DNA of 32,000 bases from Laceyella tengchongensis (lineage in GTDB: Bacteria > Bacillota > Bacilli > Thermoactinomycetales > Thermoactinomycetaceae). The translations under genes and the position numbers were made by a program. The stretch spans positions 193,948-225,947 of the forward strand of contig NZ_FXTU01000004.1 in the NCBI RefSeq assembly GCF_900182735.1, written 5' to 3'. This document shows positions 8,999 to 17,562 of this stretch, in pieces; position 1 is the stretch's first letter; every line of letters begins with the position of its first letter. The notes beneath the pieces are model-generated. The model had not been told where the DNA came from. It worked only from the letters and a program-made list of their open reading frames with translations, and did not search any database.

Positions 8999-9760
8999 AT
9001 GGGTAAACGCGGTGTGCTGGTGATCGCGCATGGTTCAAAAAACAAAGATTGGGTGCACCTGGTTGACCGTGCTGTGTCACAAGCGGCAGTAGATGCCCCG
9101 CTGGCGACCAGTTTTTTGGAGTATGTGCCTGGACGGTCGGTAGTGCAGGGAATCGCGGCGCTGAAACAGCTAGGGGTTACTGACCTTGCCGCGGTGCCAT
9201 TGTTCGTTTCTTCTGGAAGCACCCACATAGAAGAGATCCGTCACCTGCTCGGCGTGGGGGGCGAATTCCACAAGGTAATGATTCAGCAGGCGGTGCCGGG
9301 CGATCTGGTTGTTCGCTTGTGCCCGGCCATGGATGATCATCCGTTGATCGTGGAGGTACTGGCTGAGCGGGCGGGTTCTCTATCTACCCAGCCAGCAGAA
9401 GAAGCGTTATTATTGGTGGGGCATGGGAGTGACCAGATTGGATTTCAGGAACGGTGGCAGTCGATGATGGAGAGCTTGGCTCGGCAATTGCAAGCCAAGT
9501 TGGGATTTGCGGCTGTTGCCTGTGCCACCTTGTTGCCAGATAATGTACGACAGCAGCTTTTAGCGTTGTCAACAAGGTACCGGGTGTTGGTCGTGCCCCT
9601 CTTTTTGAGCGAGGGAACGTTTACTCGGAACAAGTTGCCAAAGCGGCTCAGCGGCGCCGAGGTGGTGTACACGGGGCAAGCTTATTTGCCCAGCCCTTTG
9701 ATTCCGCACTGGATCGAGGCTGTGGTGCGGGAAGCATGGGCAGACAAATATGGGCAGTGA
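8999..9760 (+). CDS. Sirohydrochlorin chelatase, CbiX/SirB family (two-domain form)
   Basis: 253 aa with two CbiX-like halves, each opening with the hallmark HGS motif (VLVIAHGSKN and LLLVGHGSDQ). RBS GGGGTGAGG. Starts 32 nt after the preceding gene. Confidence 0.8.
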   Translation: MGKRGVLVIAHGSKNKDWVHLVDRAVSQAAVDAPLATSFLEYVPGRSVVQGIAALKQLGVTDLAAVPLFVSSGSTHIEEIRHLLGVGGEFHKVMIQQAVPGDLVVRLCPAMDDHPLIVEVLAERAGSLSTQPAEEALLLVGHGSDQIGFQERWQSMMESLARQLQAKLGFAAVACATLLPDNVRQQLLALSTRYRVLVVPLFLSEGTFTRNKLPKRLSGAEVVYTGQAYLPSPLIPHWIEAVVREAWADKYGQ

Positions 9761-9767
9761 AACCGAC

Positions 9768-9795
9768 AAGCCCCCCTTTACCATAAGGGGGGCTT
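9768..9795 (+). terminator. Strong hairpin after the chelatase gene (no T-run)
   Basis: Perfect 11-bp stem aagcccccctt / aaggggggctt with loop taccat. The lack of a U-tract lowers confidence as a Rho-independent terminator. Confidence 0.5.
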
Positions 9796-9929
9796 CAGAC
9801 TATGCTACTCTCTAATAGTTTCAAAGCAAAAGGACAACAAACTGAGGATGCGTAAAAAGCGAGTAGCGGCCCGAAGTGCATGGGCAAATGAACATTTCCG
9901 CAAGTTGGGCAAATAACTTCGTTCAAACA

Positions 9930-9938
9930 TGATATAAT
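9930..9938 (+). promoter_or_regulatory. Extended -10 promoter element (TGaTATAAT) for the HupE/UreJ-like gene
   Basis: Perfect TGnTATAAT 31 nt upstream of ATG 9969. Confidence 0.5.
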
Positions 9939-9968
9939 CGTGAGTATGTTTGACAAGGAGTGATGCCG

Positions 9969-11063
9969 ATGCGGAACGGGTGGCGCAGGTGGTTGATCGT
10001 CGTCCTGGCCTTATTGTTGTTATTGCCTGTACATCAAACGTCCGCCCATCCGTTGACCATTGTGTCGACGAAAGTCTCGTTGCAAGAGACATCCCTTACC
10101 GTGGAGATGTTGGTGGAAGCGGCCTTATTGGCGCGGGTCGATGGGATTCGATTGCAACAAAATGAACCGTTGTCACCTGAAACCAAATCCAAACTGGAGC
10201 GCATGATCCGTCAGTCTTTCAAGATCAGCAATGAAGATCGGCCGATGCAGGTGCGTTTAGTGGCGGCGGATTGGCAGAACCATGCGCACGTGGAACTGAA
10301 GTTGGTTTATTCATCCAATCAAAAATTGGGCAAGCTATCCTTTGTGGACGATCTTTTTTTTGACGTGGCGGGTAAACAGCACCAAAATGTGTTGACCCTC
10401 TCGGAGAATGGGACGAAGAGCACATTTGTCTTCAGCGAGAGTGTCAGGGAGTTGACGGTTCATGCCGGAACGGCCCTGTCTTGGTGGGTAGCCGCGCAAG
10501 AATTCTTCCAGTTGGGTGTGGAGCACATATGGTTTGGATTTGACCACTTGGCTTTTCTGCTGGCGCTTCTACTGGTGCGCGATCATTGGCGGGAGATGCT
10601 TAAGGTGGTCACTTCCTTCACCATCGCGCATTCCATCACATTGTTCTTGGCGATGATGAACATTTTGGCTGTTCCATCTAAGTGGGTGGAAGCGTTGATC
10701 GCCCTCAGCATCTTGTTCGTGGCGTTGGAAAATGTTTGGCTAGCCCAAGGGAAACCGTGGGTGAAGCGCTGGGTGCTAACGTTTTATTTTGGATTGATTC
10801 ACGGTTTGGGATTCGCGGGGTCCTTGGCGGATATCCAGTTGCCGAAAAACCATTTGTTGACGGCATTGTTTTCGTTTAACATTGGGATAGAAGTGGGACA
10901 AGTCGTCCTAGTCGCTTTGGTGTGGCCCCTGCTGACTTATGCCTGGCGGTACAAGCCATTTGTCCTTGTGGCACGCGGCTTGACGGTCGTGATCGCCTTG
11001 TGCGGGCTGGCTTGGTTTGTGGAACGGGCGTTTGCATGGGACATTCCGATGTTTGATTTGTAA
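9969..11063 (+). CDS. HupE/UreJ-family membrane protein with an N-terminal extracytoplasmic domain
   Basis: ATG 9969 lies 8 nt after GGAG; the GTG 9960 and ATG 9963 of the ORF track overlap or abut the SD. Signal peptide MRNGWRRWLIVVLALLLLLPVHQTSAHP, then a soluble domain of about 160 aa, then a TM domain with the family motif GVEHIWFGFDHLAFLLALLLV and TIAHSITL. Confidence 0.8.
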   Translation: MRNGWRRWLIVVLALLLLLPVHQTSAHPLTIVSTKVSLQETSLTVEMLVEAALLARVDGIRLQQNEPLSPETKSKLERMIRQSFKISNEDRPMQVRLVAADWQNHAHVELKLVYSSNQKLGKLSFVDDLFFDVAGKQHQNVLTLSENGTKSTFVFSESVRELTVHAGTALSWWVAAQEFFQLGVEHIWFGFDHLAFLLALLLVRDHWREMLKVVTSFTIAHSITLFLAMMNILAVPSKWVEALIALSILFVALENVWLAQGKPWVKRWVLTFYFGLIHGLGFAGSLADIQLPKNHLLTALFSFNIGIEVGQVVLVALVWPLLTYAWRYKPFVLVARGLTVVIALCGLAWFVERAFAWDIPMFDL

Positions 11064-11123
11064 AGCCTCACGGTGGATTGACACCGATGAGGCCAATGTG
11101 ATGAGAAGAAAGGGTGGAGCCTG

Positions 11124-12539
11124 ATGGCGAAAAGTGATATTGGCGTAATCGGCCTAGCAGTCATGGGCAAAAACTTGGCCTTGAATATTGAGAGCAGAGG
11201 GTATACCGTGTCCCTGTTCAACCGGTCGCCGGAAAGAACAAAGCAAATGCTGGAAGAGCATGCGGGCCGGAAGCTGGTCGGCACTTACACGATGCAAGAG
11301 TTCATCGATTCGTTGGAACGGCCGCGACGGGTTCTGTTGATGGTGAAAGCGGGCAAGCCGACGGATGATATGATCGCCCAGTTGAAAAAGTATCTAGAAC
11401 CGGGGGACATCGTCATCGACGGTGGAAACACGTTCTATCAGGATACGGTTCGCCGCAACCAAGAGCTGTCTGAAGCGGGCATTCACTTTATCGGCGCGGG
11501 TGTATCCGGCGGCGAAGAAGGGGCGTTGAAAGGGCCGGCGATCATGCCAGGCGGACAGCGTGAAGCTTATCAGTTGGTGGAGCCGATTCTGACGGCCATC
11601 TCCGCCAAAGTGAATGGGGAGCCCTGCTGTACATATATCGGTCCGGACGGAGCCGGCCATTATGTGAAAATGGTTCACAACGGCATTGAGTATGGGGACA
11701 TGCAGTTGATCTGCGAAGCGTACTTTTTGATGAAACACCTGTTGAACATGGACGCCCAGGAACTGCATGAAGTGTTCGCCGAGTGGAATCAAGGCGAATT
11801 GGACAGCTACCTGATCGAAATTACTGCTGACATTTTCGCCAAAGTGGACGAAGAGACCGGCGAGCCGTTGGTGGAAAAGATTTTGGACACCGCTGGCCAA
11901 AAAGGGACGGGCAAATGGACCAGCCAAAGTTCGCTGGACTTGGGTGTGCCTTTGACCATCATCACCGAATCGGTGTATGCACGCTTTTTGTCAGCGATGA
12001 AAGAAGAGCGGATCAAAGCGAGCAAGTTGCTCTCTGGGCCGAAACCAGGCTGCACTGTGATCCAAGACCGCAAAGCGTTTGTGGAATCGATCAGAAAAGC
12101 CCTTTATGCAAGCAAAATCTGTTCTTACGCACAGGGATTTGCACAGATGAAAGCGGCGTCCGACGAGTTCGGTTGGGATTTGAAGCCGGGTGAAATCGCG
12201 ATGATCTTCCGGGGCGGTTGTATCATCCGTGCTCGTTTCCTGCAAAACATTAAGGAGGCGTATGACCGCGACCCCGGCTTGACCAACCTGCTCTTGGACC
12301 CCTATTTCAAAGGCATTGTGGAAGAATATCAAGAAGCATGGCGTGAAGTGGTTGCCGCAGCGGTGCTCAACGGCATCCCGGTACCGGCGTTTGCCAGCGC
12401 ACTGAGCTATTATGACAGCTACCGCTCTGAGCAGTTGCCTGCCAACTTGTTGCAAGCGCAACGGGATTATTTTGGGGCGCACACCTACCAGCGGGTGGAC
12501 AGAGAAGGCGTGTTTCACACCCAATGGCTGGATAAATAA
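11124..12539 (+). CDS. gnd: 6-phosphogluconate dehydrogenase, decarboxylating
   Basis: 471 aa. N-terminal Rossmann motif [21 protein letters not shown], conserved [21 protein letters not shown], and C-terminal [21 protein letters not shown]. Confidence 0.97.
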   Translation: MAKSDIGVIGLAVMGKNLALNIESRGYTVSLFNRSPERTKQMLEEHAGRKLVGTYTMQEFIDSLERPRRVLLMVKAGKPTDDMIAQLKKYLEPGDIVIDGGNTFYQDTVRRNQELSEAGIHFIGAGVSGGEEGALKGPAIMPGGQREAYQLVEPILTAISAKVNGEPCCTYIGPDGAGHYVKMVHNGIEYGDMQLICEAYFLMKHLLNMDAQELHEVFAEWNQGELDSYLIEITADIFAKVDEETGEPLVEKILDTAGQKGTGKWTSQSSLDLGVPLTIITESVYARFLSAMKEERIKASKLLSGPKPGCTVIQDRKAFVESIRKALYASKICSYAQGFAQMKAASDEFGWDLKPGEIAMIFRGGCIIRARFLQNIKEAYDRDPGLTNLLLDPYFKGIVEEYQEAWREVVAAAVLNGIPVPAFASALSYYDSYRSEQLPANLLQAQRDYFGAHTYQRVDREGVFHTQWLDK

Positions 12540-12563
12540 TCAGCAAAAGAACGAAAGCGAAAA

Positions 12564-12606
12564 CAGCACCTTTCCCTATCAACTGGGGAGAGGTGCTGTT
12601 TTTTTG
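12564..12606 (+). terminator. Intrinsic terminator after gnd
   Basis: About 13-bp stem cagcacctttccc / ggggagaggtgctg, followed by an 8-nt T-run. Confidence 0.8.
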
Positions 12607-12672
12607 CATGGTTTGGGAGGTGAGGATGCATCCTGTTATTGACCGGGTTAGCGCAGATAGAAAAATCACCCA

Positions 12673-12730
12673 TTGAAAAAAGACTAAAAAACGAATAATA
12701 TTGTTGTTGTGATGTTTAATATTCGTGTTT
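12673..12730 (+). promoter_or_regulatory. Promoter (TTGAAA-17-TAATAT) with two inverted PurBox-like sites
   Basis: -35 TTGAAA at 12673-12678 and -10 TAATAT at 12696-12701. AAAAACGAATAAT (12687-12699) and its inverted partner AATATTCGTGTTT (12718-12730) both carry the CGAA core of B. subtilis PurR boxes. Confidence 0.5.
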
Positions 12731-12745
12731 CGGAGGAACTCATTC

Positions 12746-14047
12746 ATGTTTAATATCAAAAAAGCTGGCTCGACTGTACGAAATGAAATCGTCGCCGGTC
12801 TGACGACGTTTTTCACGATGTCATATATTATTGTGGTCAACCCGATCATTTTGAAAGATGCTGGTGTTCCGTTTGAAATGAGCTTTATGGCCACCGTGAT
12901 CGCAACGATTGTCGGCACCCTGATCATGGGATTGTTCGCCAATTATCCGATTGCGATTGCGCCGGCGATGGGGTTGAATGCTTATTTTGCCTATTCTGTG
13001 GTGCAGGGGCACAAGGGATTGGGGTATGAGGCAGCGTTTGCCGCCGTTTTTGTCGCGGGAGTGTTGTTTGTTCTGCTCTCCTTGACTCCTCTGCGAACCA
13101 AACTGATTGAAGTGATTCCCGGCAATTTGAAAAGCGCCATCACCGCCGGAATCGGTTTGTTCATCGCGTTCATCGGATTGCGCATGTCAGGGTTGGTGGT
13201 AGATCATCCGAGCAACTTGGTTGCACTTGGCGATCTGCACTCCCCTTCGGTGATCCTCACCTTGGTCGGTTTGGCGATTACCTTGGTCTGCCTAGCACTA
13301 AACATCAATGGCGCCCTGTTCATCGGGATGCTGGGCACGGGGATTATCGCTGCCTTGATGGGGAAATTGTCATTTGACAAAGGAATTGTGGCCTTGCCTC
13401 GCTTTCCCGAACAGTTGGCGGTCTCCAATCCGGTCACCGCTGTGCAAGATGTGATTGATTTCGGCTTGTACGCAGTCGTATTTTCCTTTTTGCTGGTGAC
13501 GCTGTTTGACACCACCGGCACCGTGTTGGGAGTGGCTAAACAAGCGAAGCTGATGGATGGGGATCACCTGCCGCGCGGGGAGCGGACCATCCTGGCCGAT
13601 TCGCTGGCAACTCTCATCGGTTCGATTTTTGGAACGAGTCCAACTTCCGCTTACATTGAATCGGCATCGGGTGTAGCGACAGGAGGACGGACGGGATTGA
13701 CGGCGGTTGTGGTGGCTCTGCTGTTTGCGGTGTCCGCTTTCTTCAGCCCGTTGATCGGCGCCGTGTCAGGGATGTCGGCGATCACCGCACCTGCGCTGAT
13801 CGTGGTCGGCTCACTGATGATGGGGCATGTGGCTCATATCAAGTGGGACCGCATTGATGAAGCGTTTCCTGCTTTTCTGGTGATTCTGAGCATGCCGCTG
13901 ACCTCCAGCATTGCTACTGGCATCGCGCTGGGCTTTGTCTCCTATCCGTTGATGAAGCTGTGCAAAGGAGAAAGCAAGCAGGTTCATCCACTGGTTTATG
14001 TGTTTGCTGTGCTGTTTTTGTTCCAATTGGTTTACTTGCCACACTGA
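12746..14047 (+). CDS. NCS2-family purine permease (adenine/guanine/hypoxanthine; PbuG/PbuO/AzgA-like)
   Basis: ATG 12746 lies 10 nt after GGAGG; the ORF-track GTG 12725 lies inside the putative operator. Typical N-terminus (FNIKKAGSTVRNEIVAGLTTFFTMSYIIVVNP). 433 aa polytopic protein. Confidence 0.9.
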   Translation: MFNIKKAGSTVRNEIVAGLTTFFTMSYIIVVNPIILKDAGVPFEMSFMATVIATIVGTLIMGLFANYPIAIAPAMGLNAYFAYSVVQGHKGLGYEAAFAAVFVAGVLFVLLSLTPLRTKLIEVIPGNLKSAITAGIGLFIAFIGLRMSGLVVDHPSNLVALGDLHSPSVILTLVGLAITLVCLALNINGALFIGMLGTGIIAALMGKLSFDKGIVALPRFPEQLAVSNPVTAVQDVIDFGLYAVVFSFLLVTLFDTTGTVLGVAKQAKLMDGDHLPRGERTILADSLATLIGSIFGTSPTSAYIESASGVATGGRTGLTAVVVALLFAVSAFFSPLIGAVSGMSAITAPALIVVGSLMMGHVAHIKWDRIDEAFPAFLVILSMPLTSSIATGIALGFVSYPLMKLCKGESKQVHPLVYVFAVLFLFQLVYLPH

Positions 14048-14064
14048 TTGAAACTGGTGTACCG

Positions 14065-14104
14065 GCCTTTTCCCGGCTATCCGGCTACGGGAAAAGGCTT
14101 TTTT
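14065..14104 (+). terminator. Intrinsic terminator after the purine permease gene
   Basis: Perfect 10-bp stem gccttttccc / gggaaaaggc followed by TTTTTT. Confidence 0.85.
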
Positions 14105-14249
14105 GCGCTCATGGAACGGGGAGCTAGCAGTTCAGCGGGGGAAATCGACACAGGATTGTTCGATCTGAATGTGAAGTCGGGGCGGAAGTTGGGTAAACTA
14201 AAGTCATAATGGATGCATCCGTGAAAGTATACAGGGGGGTGGCAGTGAA

Positions 14250-15134
14250 ATGAAACGCGCTCGCCTGATTTATAATCCAACTGCGGGTCGGGAATTGGTC
14301 GTCAAGCAATTGCCACAGCTGCTGACCAAATTGGAACAAGCCGGGTTTGAAACCTCTTGCTATGCAACGACCGAACGTTGGACGGCAGCGGAGGAAGCGC
14401 GCCAGGCGGCGGAACGCCAGTTTGATGTCGTGATCGCTGCGGGAGGGGACGGGACGATTCATGAAGTGGTCAATGGCTTGGCCGGATGTGAGCATCCACC
14501 CAAATTGGGCATCTTGCCAGCGGGAACAACCAACGATTTGGCGCGGGCGTTGCGGTTGCCACGGGACATTCTGGCGGCATGCGATGTCATCACTGGGAGC
14601 CGAACCACCTTGGTTGATGTGGGCAAATTCGGTGAGCGTTATTTCATCAACGTGGCCGCTGCGGGAAGAATCACCGAAGTGACTTATGAAGCGCCCAGCC
14701 GCCTGAAGACCATGATGGGCCCTTTCGCTTATTATGCGAAAGCGATTGAGAAGCTGGGAACCTTGCATAAGCCATTTCCGTTGCGTTTGCAGACACCGCG
14801 CGGTGAGTGGGAAGCGGAAGTCCTGCTCTTTATTATTGCCAACAGCGTGTCGGTAGGCGGTTTTGAACGGTTGGCGCCCACGGCCGATATCAGTGATGGT
14901 CTGTTTGATGTATTGGTGGTGCCCAAAACCAACATGGCCGATCTCCTGCAATTGGCCACATTGGCCATGAAGGGGGAGCATGTGCATGATTCGCGGGTGG
15001 TTTATTTCCAGACGGAACAAATCGACGTAGATACGCCTGAAACATTGAAGCTGAATTTGGATGGGGAACATGGCGGCGAATTGGTGGGAAGATTTGAGAT
15101 TGTGCCGCACCGTCTCGAGATTTTTTGCCCTTAG
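14250..15134 (+). CDS. dagK: Diacylglycerol kinase (DagK/YerQ family lipid kinase)
   Basis: 294 aa with the DAGK catalytic-domain motifs (RARLIYNPTAGRE..., VIAAGGDGTIHEVVNGL, GILPAGTTNDLARAL). It precedes rlmCD as in B. subtilis. Confidence 0.9.
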   Translation: MKRARLIYNPTAGRELVVKQLPQLLTKLEQAGFETSCYATTERWTAAEEARQAAERQFDVVIAAGGDGTIHEVVNGLAGCEHPPKLGILPAGTTNDLARALRLPRDILAACDVITGSRTTLVDVGKFGERYFINVAAAGRITEVTYEAPSRLKTMMGPFAYYAKAIEKLGTLHKPFPLRLQTPRGEWEAEVLLFIIANSVSVGGFERLAPTADISDGLFDVLVVPKTNMADLLQLATLAMKGEHVHDSRVVYFQTEQIDVDTPETLKLNLDGEHGGELVGRFEIVPHRLEIFCP

Positions 15135-15164
15135 CGTTCATCATACAGCGGTGGACGTTTTTTT
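15135..15164 (+). terminator. Weak terminator after dagK
   Basis: 6-bp stem cgttca / tggacg (one G-U), 11-nt loop, then a 7-nt T-run. Confidence 0.4.
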
Positions 15165-15253
15165 CATGAATGGATAGAAGCCGCCCGCCCCATCGAGCCT
15201 TGTAGTGGGCGGAACAGCATAGGAGATTATGATAGCTAATGGAGGAATGACTG

Positions 15254-16621
15254 TTGGTTGTGCAGCCAGGACAATTGATTGAGTTAGAGGTGACGGGACA
15301 GGCCCATGATGGAGCGGGTGTGGGCAAATATGAGGGATTCGCCGTTTTTGTCCCTTTGACTGTGCCCGGCGAAACTGTGCGGGTGCGGATCGAGTCCGTC
15401 AAAAAAAATTACGCGCGCGGCAAGCTGTTGGAGCTGGTGCAAGCCCATCCCGACCGGACCGAACCGATTTGCCCCGTCTATGAGGCATGCGGTGGCTGCC
15501 AGTCCCAGCACCTTTCCTATGAAGCGCAGTTGAAGCACAAACGGCAACAGGTGGCTGACCATTTCAAGCGGATCGGCGGGATGGATGATGTGCTGATCCA
15601 TCCGGTGTTGGGAATGAGTGATCCGTGGCGTTATCGCAATAAAGCGCAAGTGCCGTTCGGGCGGCGGCAGGGGAAAGTGGTCGCCGGCTTTTATGCGCCG
15701 GGGTCTCATGACATCATTGACATGGAATCATGCGTGATCCAGCACGAATTAAATGATGCGGCCATCAGCCTAGTCAGGGCGCAGGCCGAGGAGTTGGGCA
15801 TCCCCATCTATAACGAGCAGAAGCATACGGGGGTGCTGCGCCATGTCATGGTGCGAATCGGTTCCAACACCGGAGAAATGATGATTGTGCTAGTCACAAA
15901 CGGAGAATCCCTTCCTAAGCGCAAGGAGTTGGTTAAACGGCTGGTGGCGGCGTTCCCACAGCTGACATCATTGGTTCAAAACATCAATAGCAAACGGACG
16001 AATGTGATCTTGGGCCCCAAAAACAAGCGATTGTGGGGAAAAGAAGTGATTCACGATACCATTGGCGATGTGAAATTCGCCATCTCTCCCCATTCCTTCT
16101 ACCAAGTGAACACCAGCCAGACCAAAGTGCTGTACGATCAAGTTTTGCGTTATGCAGCCTTGACCGGAAACGAGACCGTCATCGACGCTTATTGTGGCAT
16201 CGGCACCATCGCCCTGTACTTGGCTAAACACGCCAAACGGGTGTACGGAGTGGAAATCGTGCCTGAGGCGATTCGCGACGCCAAAGCCAACGCCCGATTG
16301 AACGGGATCACCCACGCTCATTTCGCCGTCGGGGCCGCTGAGCTAGTGATGCCCAAATGGTTGGAGGAAGGGATCAAACCAGATGTAGTCATTGTTGATC
16401 CACCGCGCAAAGGGTGTGACCCTGTGTTACTTCAGACGGTGGCCGATATGCGTCCGGAGCGGTTGGTTTATGTTTCCTGCAACTCCGCGACCCTGGCCCG
16501 GGACGCCAAGTTGCTCCTGGAATTGGGATATCGGGTGCAGGAAGTGCAACCAGTAGACATGTTTCCACAAACGGGCCATGTGGAGTGCTGTGCGCTGTTG
16601 GTGAGGGAGCCTCGCTCATGA
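15254..16621 (+). CDS. rlmCD: 23S rRNA (uracil-C5)-methyltransferase, RumA/RlmCD type
   Basis: TTG 15254 lies 7 nt after GGAGGA. N-terminal TRAM domain, Fe-S cysteine cluster CPVYEACGGCQSQH, SAM motif DAYCGIGTIAL, and catalytic region YVSCNSATLARD. Confidence 0.9.
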   Translation: MVVQPGQLIELEVTGQAHDGAGVGKYEGFAVFVPLTVPGETVRVRIESVKKNYARGKLLELVQAHPDRTEPICPVYEACGGCQSQHLSYEAQLKHKRQQVADHFKRIGGMDDVLIHPVLGMSDPWRYRNKAQVPFGRRQGKVVAGFYAPGSHDIIDMESCVIQHELNDAAISLVRAQAEELGIPIYNEQKHTGVLRHVMVRIGSNTGEMMIVLVTNGESLPKRKELVKRLVAAFPQLTSLVQNINSKRTNVILGPKNKRLWGKEVIHDTIGDVKFAISPHSFYQVNTSQTKVLYDQVLRYAALTGNETVIDAYCGIGTIALYLAKHAKRVYGVEIVPEAIRDAKANARLNGITHAHFAVGAAELVMPKWLEEGIKPDVVIVDPPRKGCDPVLLQTVADMRPERLVYVSCNSATLARDAKLLLELGYRVQEVQPVDMFPQTGHVECCALLVREPRS

Positions 16622-16689
16622 CCTGAGTGGACAGTATGTGAATGAGAATTTTTTTGTTTCCGAGGTATTTATTATTTTTGTATACTTAG

Positions 16690-16706
16690 TTACTATAATA
16701 TAGTAA
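16690..16706 (+). promoter_or_regulatory. Perfect 17-bp palindrome TTACTATA-A-TATAGTAA overlapping a TATAAT -10 box (16694-16699)
   Basis: Every position 16690-16697 is complementary to 16706-16699. It sits 45 nt upstream of the nitroreductase start in an AT-rich gap. Confidence 0.5.
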
Positions 16707-16750
16707 AATGAGTTCAACGAGTTATTTTTTAGGAAAGGTGGAAATCGCTC

Positions 16751-17383
16751 ATGACACAATCGACAGCGGCGTCGGCCATCGAAGTGATGCTAGCCCGCGG
16801 CAGTGTGCGCAAGTACCAAGCAGGAGTGGAAATGCCGCAAGCGGATCTGGAGGAAATCCTCACACTGGCGGCCAAAGCACCTTCATCCTGGAACCTGCAG
16901 CATTGGCGGTATCTCGTCATCTCTTCGCCTGAGCAAAAGCAAAAATTGTTACCTATCGCGTACAACCAAGAGCAAGTGGTTGACGCTTGCGTCACGGTAG
17001 CGGTGCTGGGGGATTTGGAAGCGAATAAAACGGGGCATCAGATCTATGGCGAAGCGTTGAAAGAAGGGCACATCACCCAACAAATCCACGACACCATGAT
17101 TTCGCAAATCGATGGCGCGTATACCAACAACCCGCAATTTGCGCGCGATGAAGCGATAATGAATGCGTCGTTGTCGGCTATGCAACTGATGTTGGCAGCG
17201 AAAGCGAAGGGGTATGACACTTGCCCCATGGGCGGTTTCAACCGGCAGGCGCTGATCGAGGAGTTTAACATTCCCGCACGGTATGTACCTGTTATGTTGA
17301 TATCTGTGGGCAAAGCCGAAGCTCCGGCTCGTCCGACCAACCGGTTGCCGCTCGATCAATTGGTGATTCAAGACTGTTTTTGA
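16751..17383 (+). CDS. NAD(P)H nitroreductase family protein
   Basis: 210 aa with family motifs (ARGSVRKYQ near the N-terminus, APSSWNLQHWRY, CPMGGF). RBS AAAGGTGG. Confidence 0.9.
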   Translation: MTQSTAASAIEVMLARGSVRKYQAGVEMPQADLEEILTLAAKAPSSWNLQHWRYLVISSPEQKQKLLPIAYNQEQVVDACVTVAVLGDLEANKTGHQIYGEALKEGHITQQIHDTMISQIDGAYTNNPQFARDEAIMNASLSAMQLMLAAKAKGYDTCPMGGFNRQALIEEFNIPARYVPVMLISVGKAEAPARPTNRLPLDQLVIQDCF

Positions 17384-17397
17384 CGCGACGGGTTTCT

Positions 17398-17427
17398 AAG
17401 GCGATGTTCCAAGTGGAATGTCGCCTT
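17398..17427 (+). terminator. Hairpin terminator after the nitroreductase gene
   Basis: 13-bp stem aaggcgatgttcc / ggaatgtcgcctt (two G-U pairs), 4-nt loop, and a weak T-rich tail. Confidence 0.55.
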
Positions 17428-17489
17428 CCTTCATTTCCGAATCGGTCCGCTCGACGAAAAAGAAAAAGTTTGGGCGGGGAATGGTGTTT

Positions 17490-17498
17490 TGGTATAGT
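17490..17498 (+). promoter_or_regulatory. Extended -10 element (TGgTATAGT) upstream of the amidase gene
   Basis: TGnTATAGT 65 nt upstream of GTG 17563. Confidence 0.4.
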
Positions 17499-17562
17499 GT
17501 AAGACGGGAACTAATGGATAAGACGACGAGGAGTGGAGAATGGTGAGTCGTGAGGTGACATT

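Noticed and set aside
9761-9968. Cobalamin or NiCo riboswitch upstream of the HupE/UreJ-like gene
   Set aside because: I found no B12-box (GCCACTG-like core) or NiCo-type four-way junction signature. The extended -10 promoter leaves only a leader of about 25 nt.
12626-12676. 16-codon mini-ORF (MHPVIDRVSADRKITH) with a strong GGGAGGTGAGG SD between gnd and the permease promoter
   Set aside because: It lies downstream of a strong gnd terminator with no promoter of its own. It shows no conservation signal that I can judge and has no leader-peptide logic (no purine-related codon run). This is probably chance.
12607-12745. Purine (guanine/adenine) riboswitch upstream of the NCS2 permease
   Set aside because: The conserved aptamer core (UAUAAUxxxGGAUAUGGxxxxxGUUUCUACC...CCGUAAAU) is absent. 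The predicted promoter also leaves only about 40 nt of leader.
14124-15110. 328-codon ORF on the minus strand covering almost all of dagK
   Set aside because: It is fully antisense to a gene with clear DAGK motifs. Its translation is low-complexity and Arg/Gln/His/Pro-rich with no recognisable domain, and it has no SD. Long antisense ORFs like this follow from the codon bias of the sense gene.
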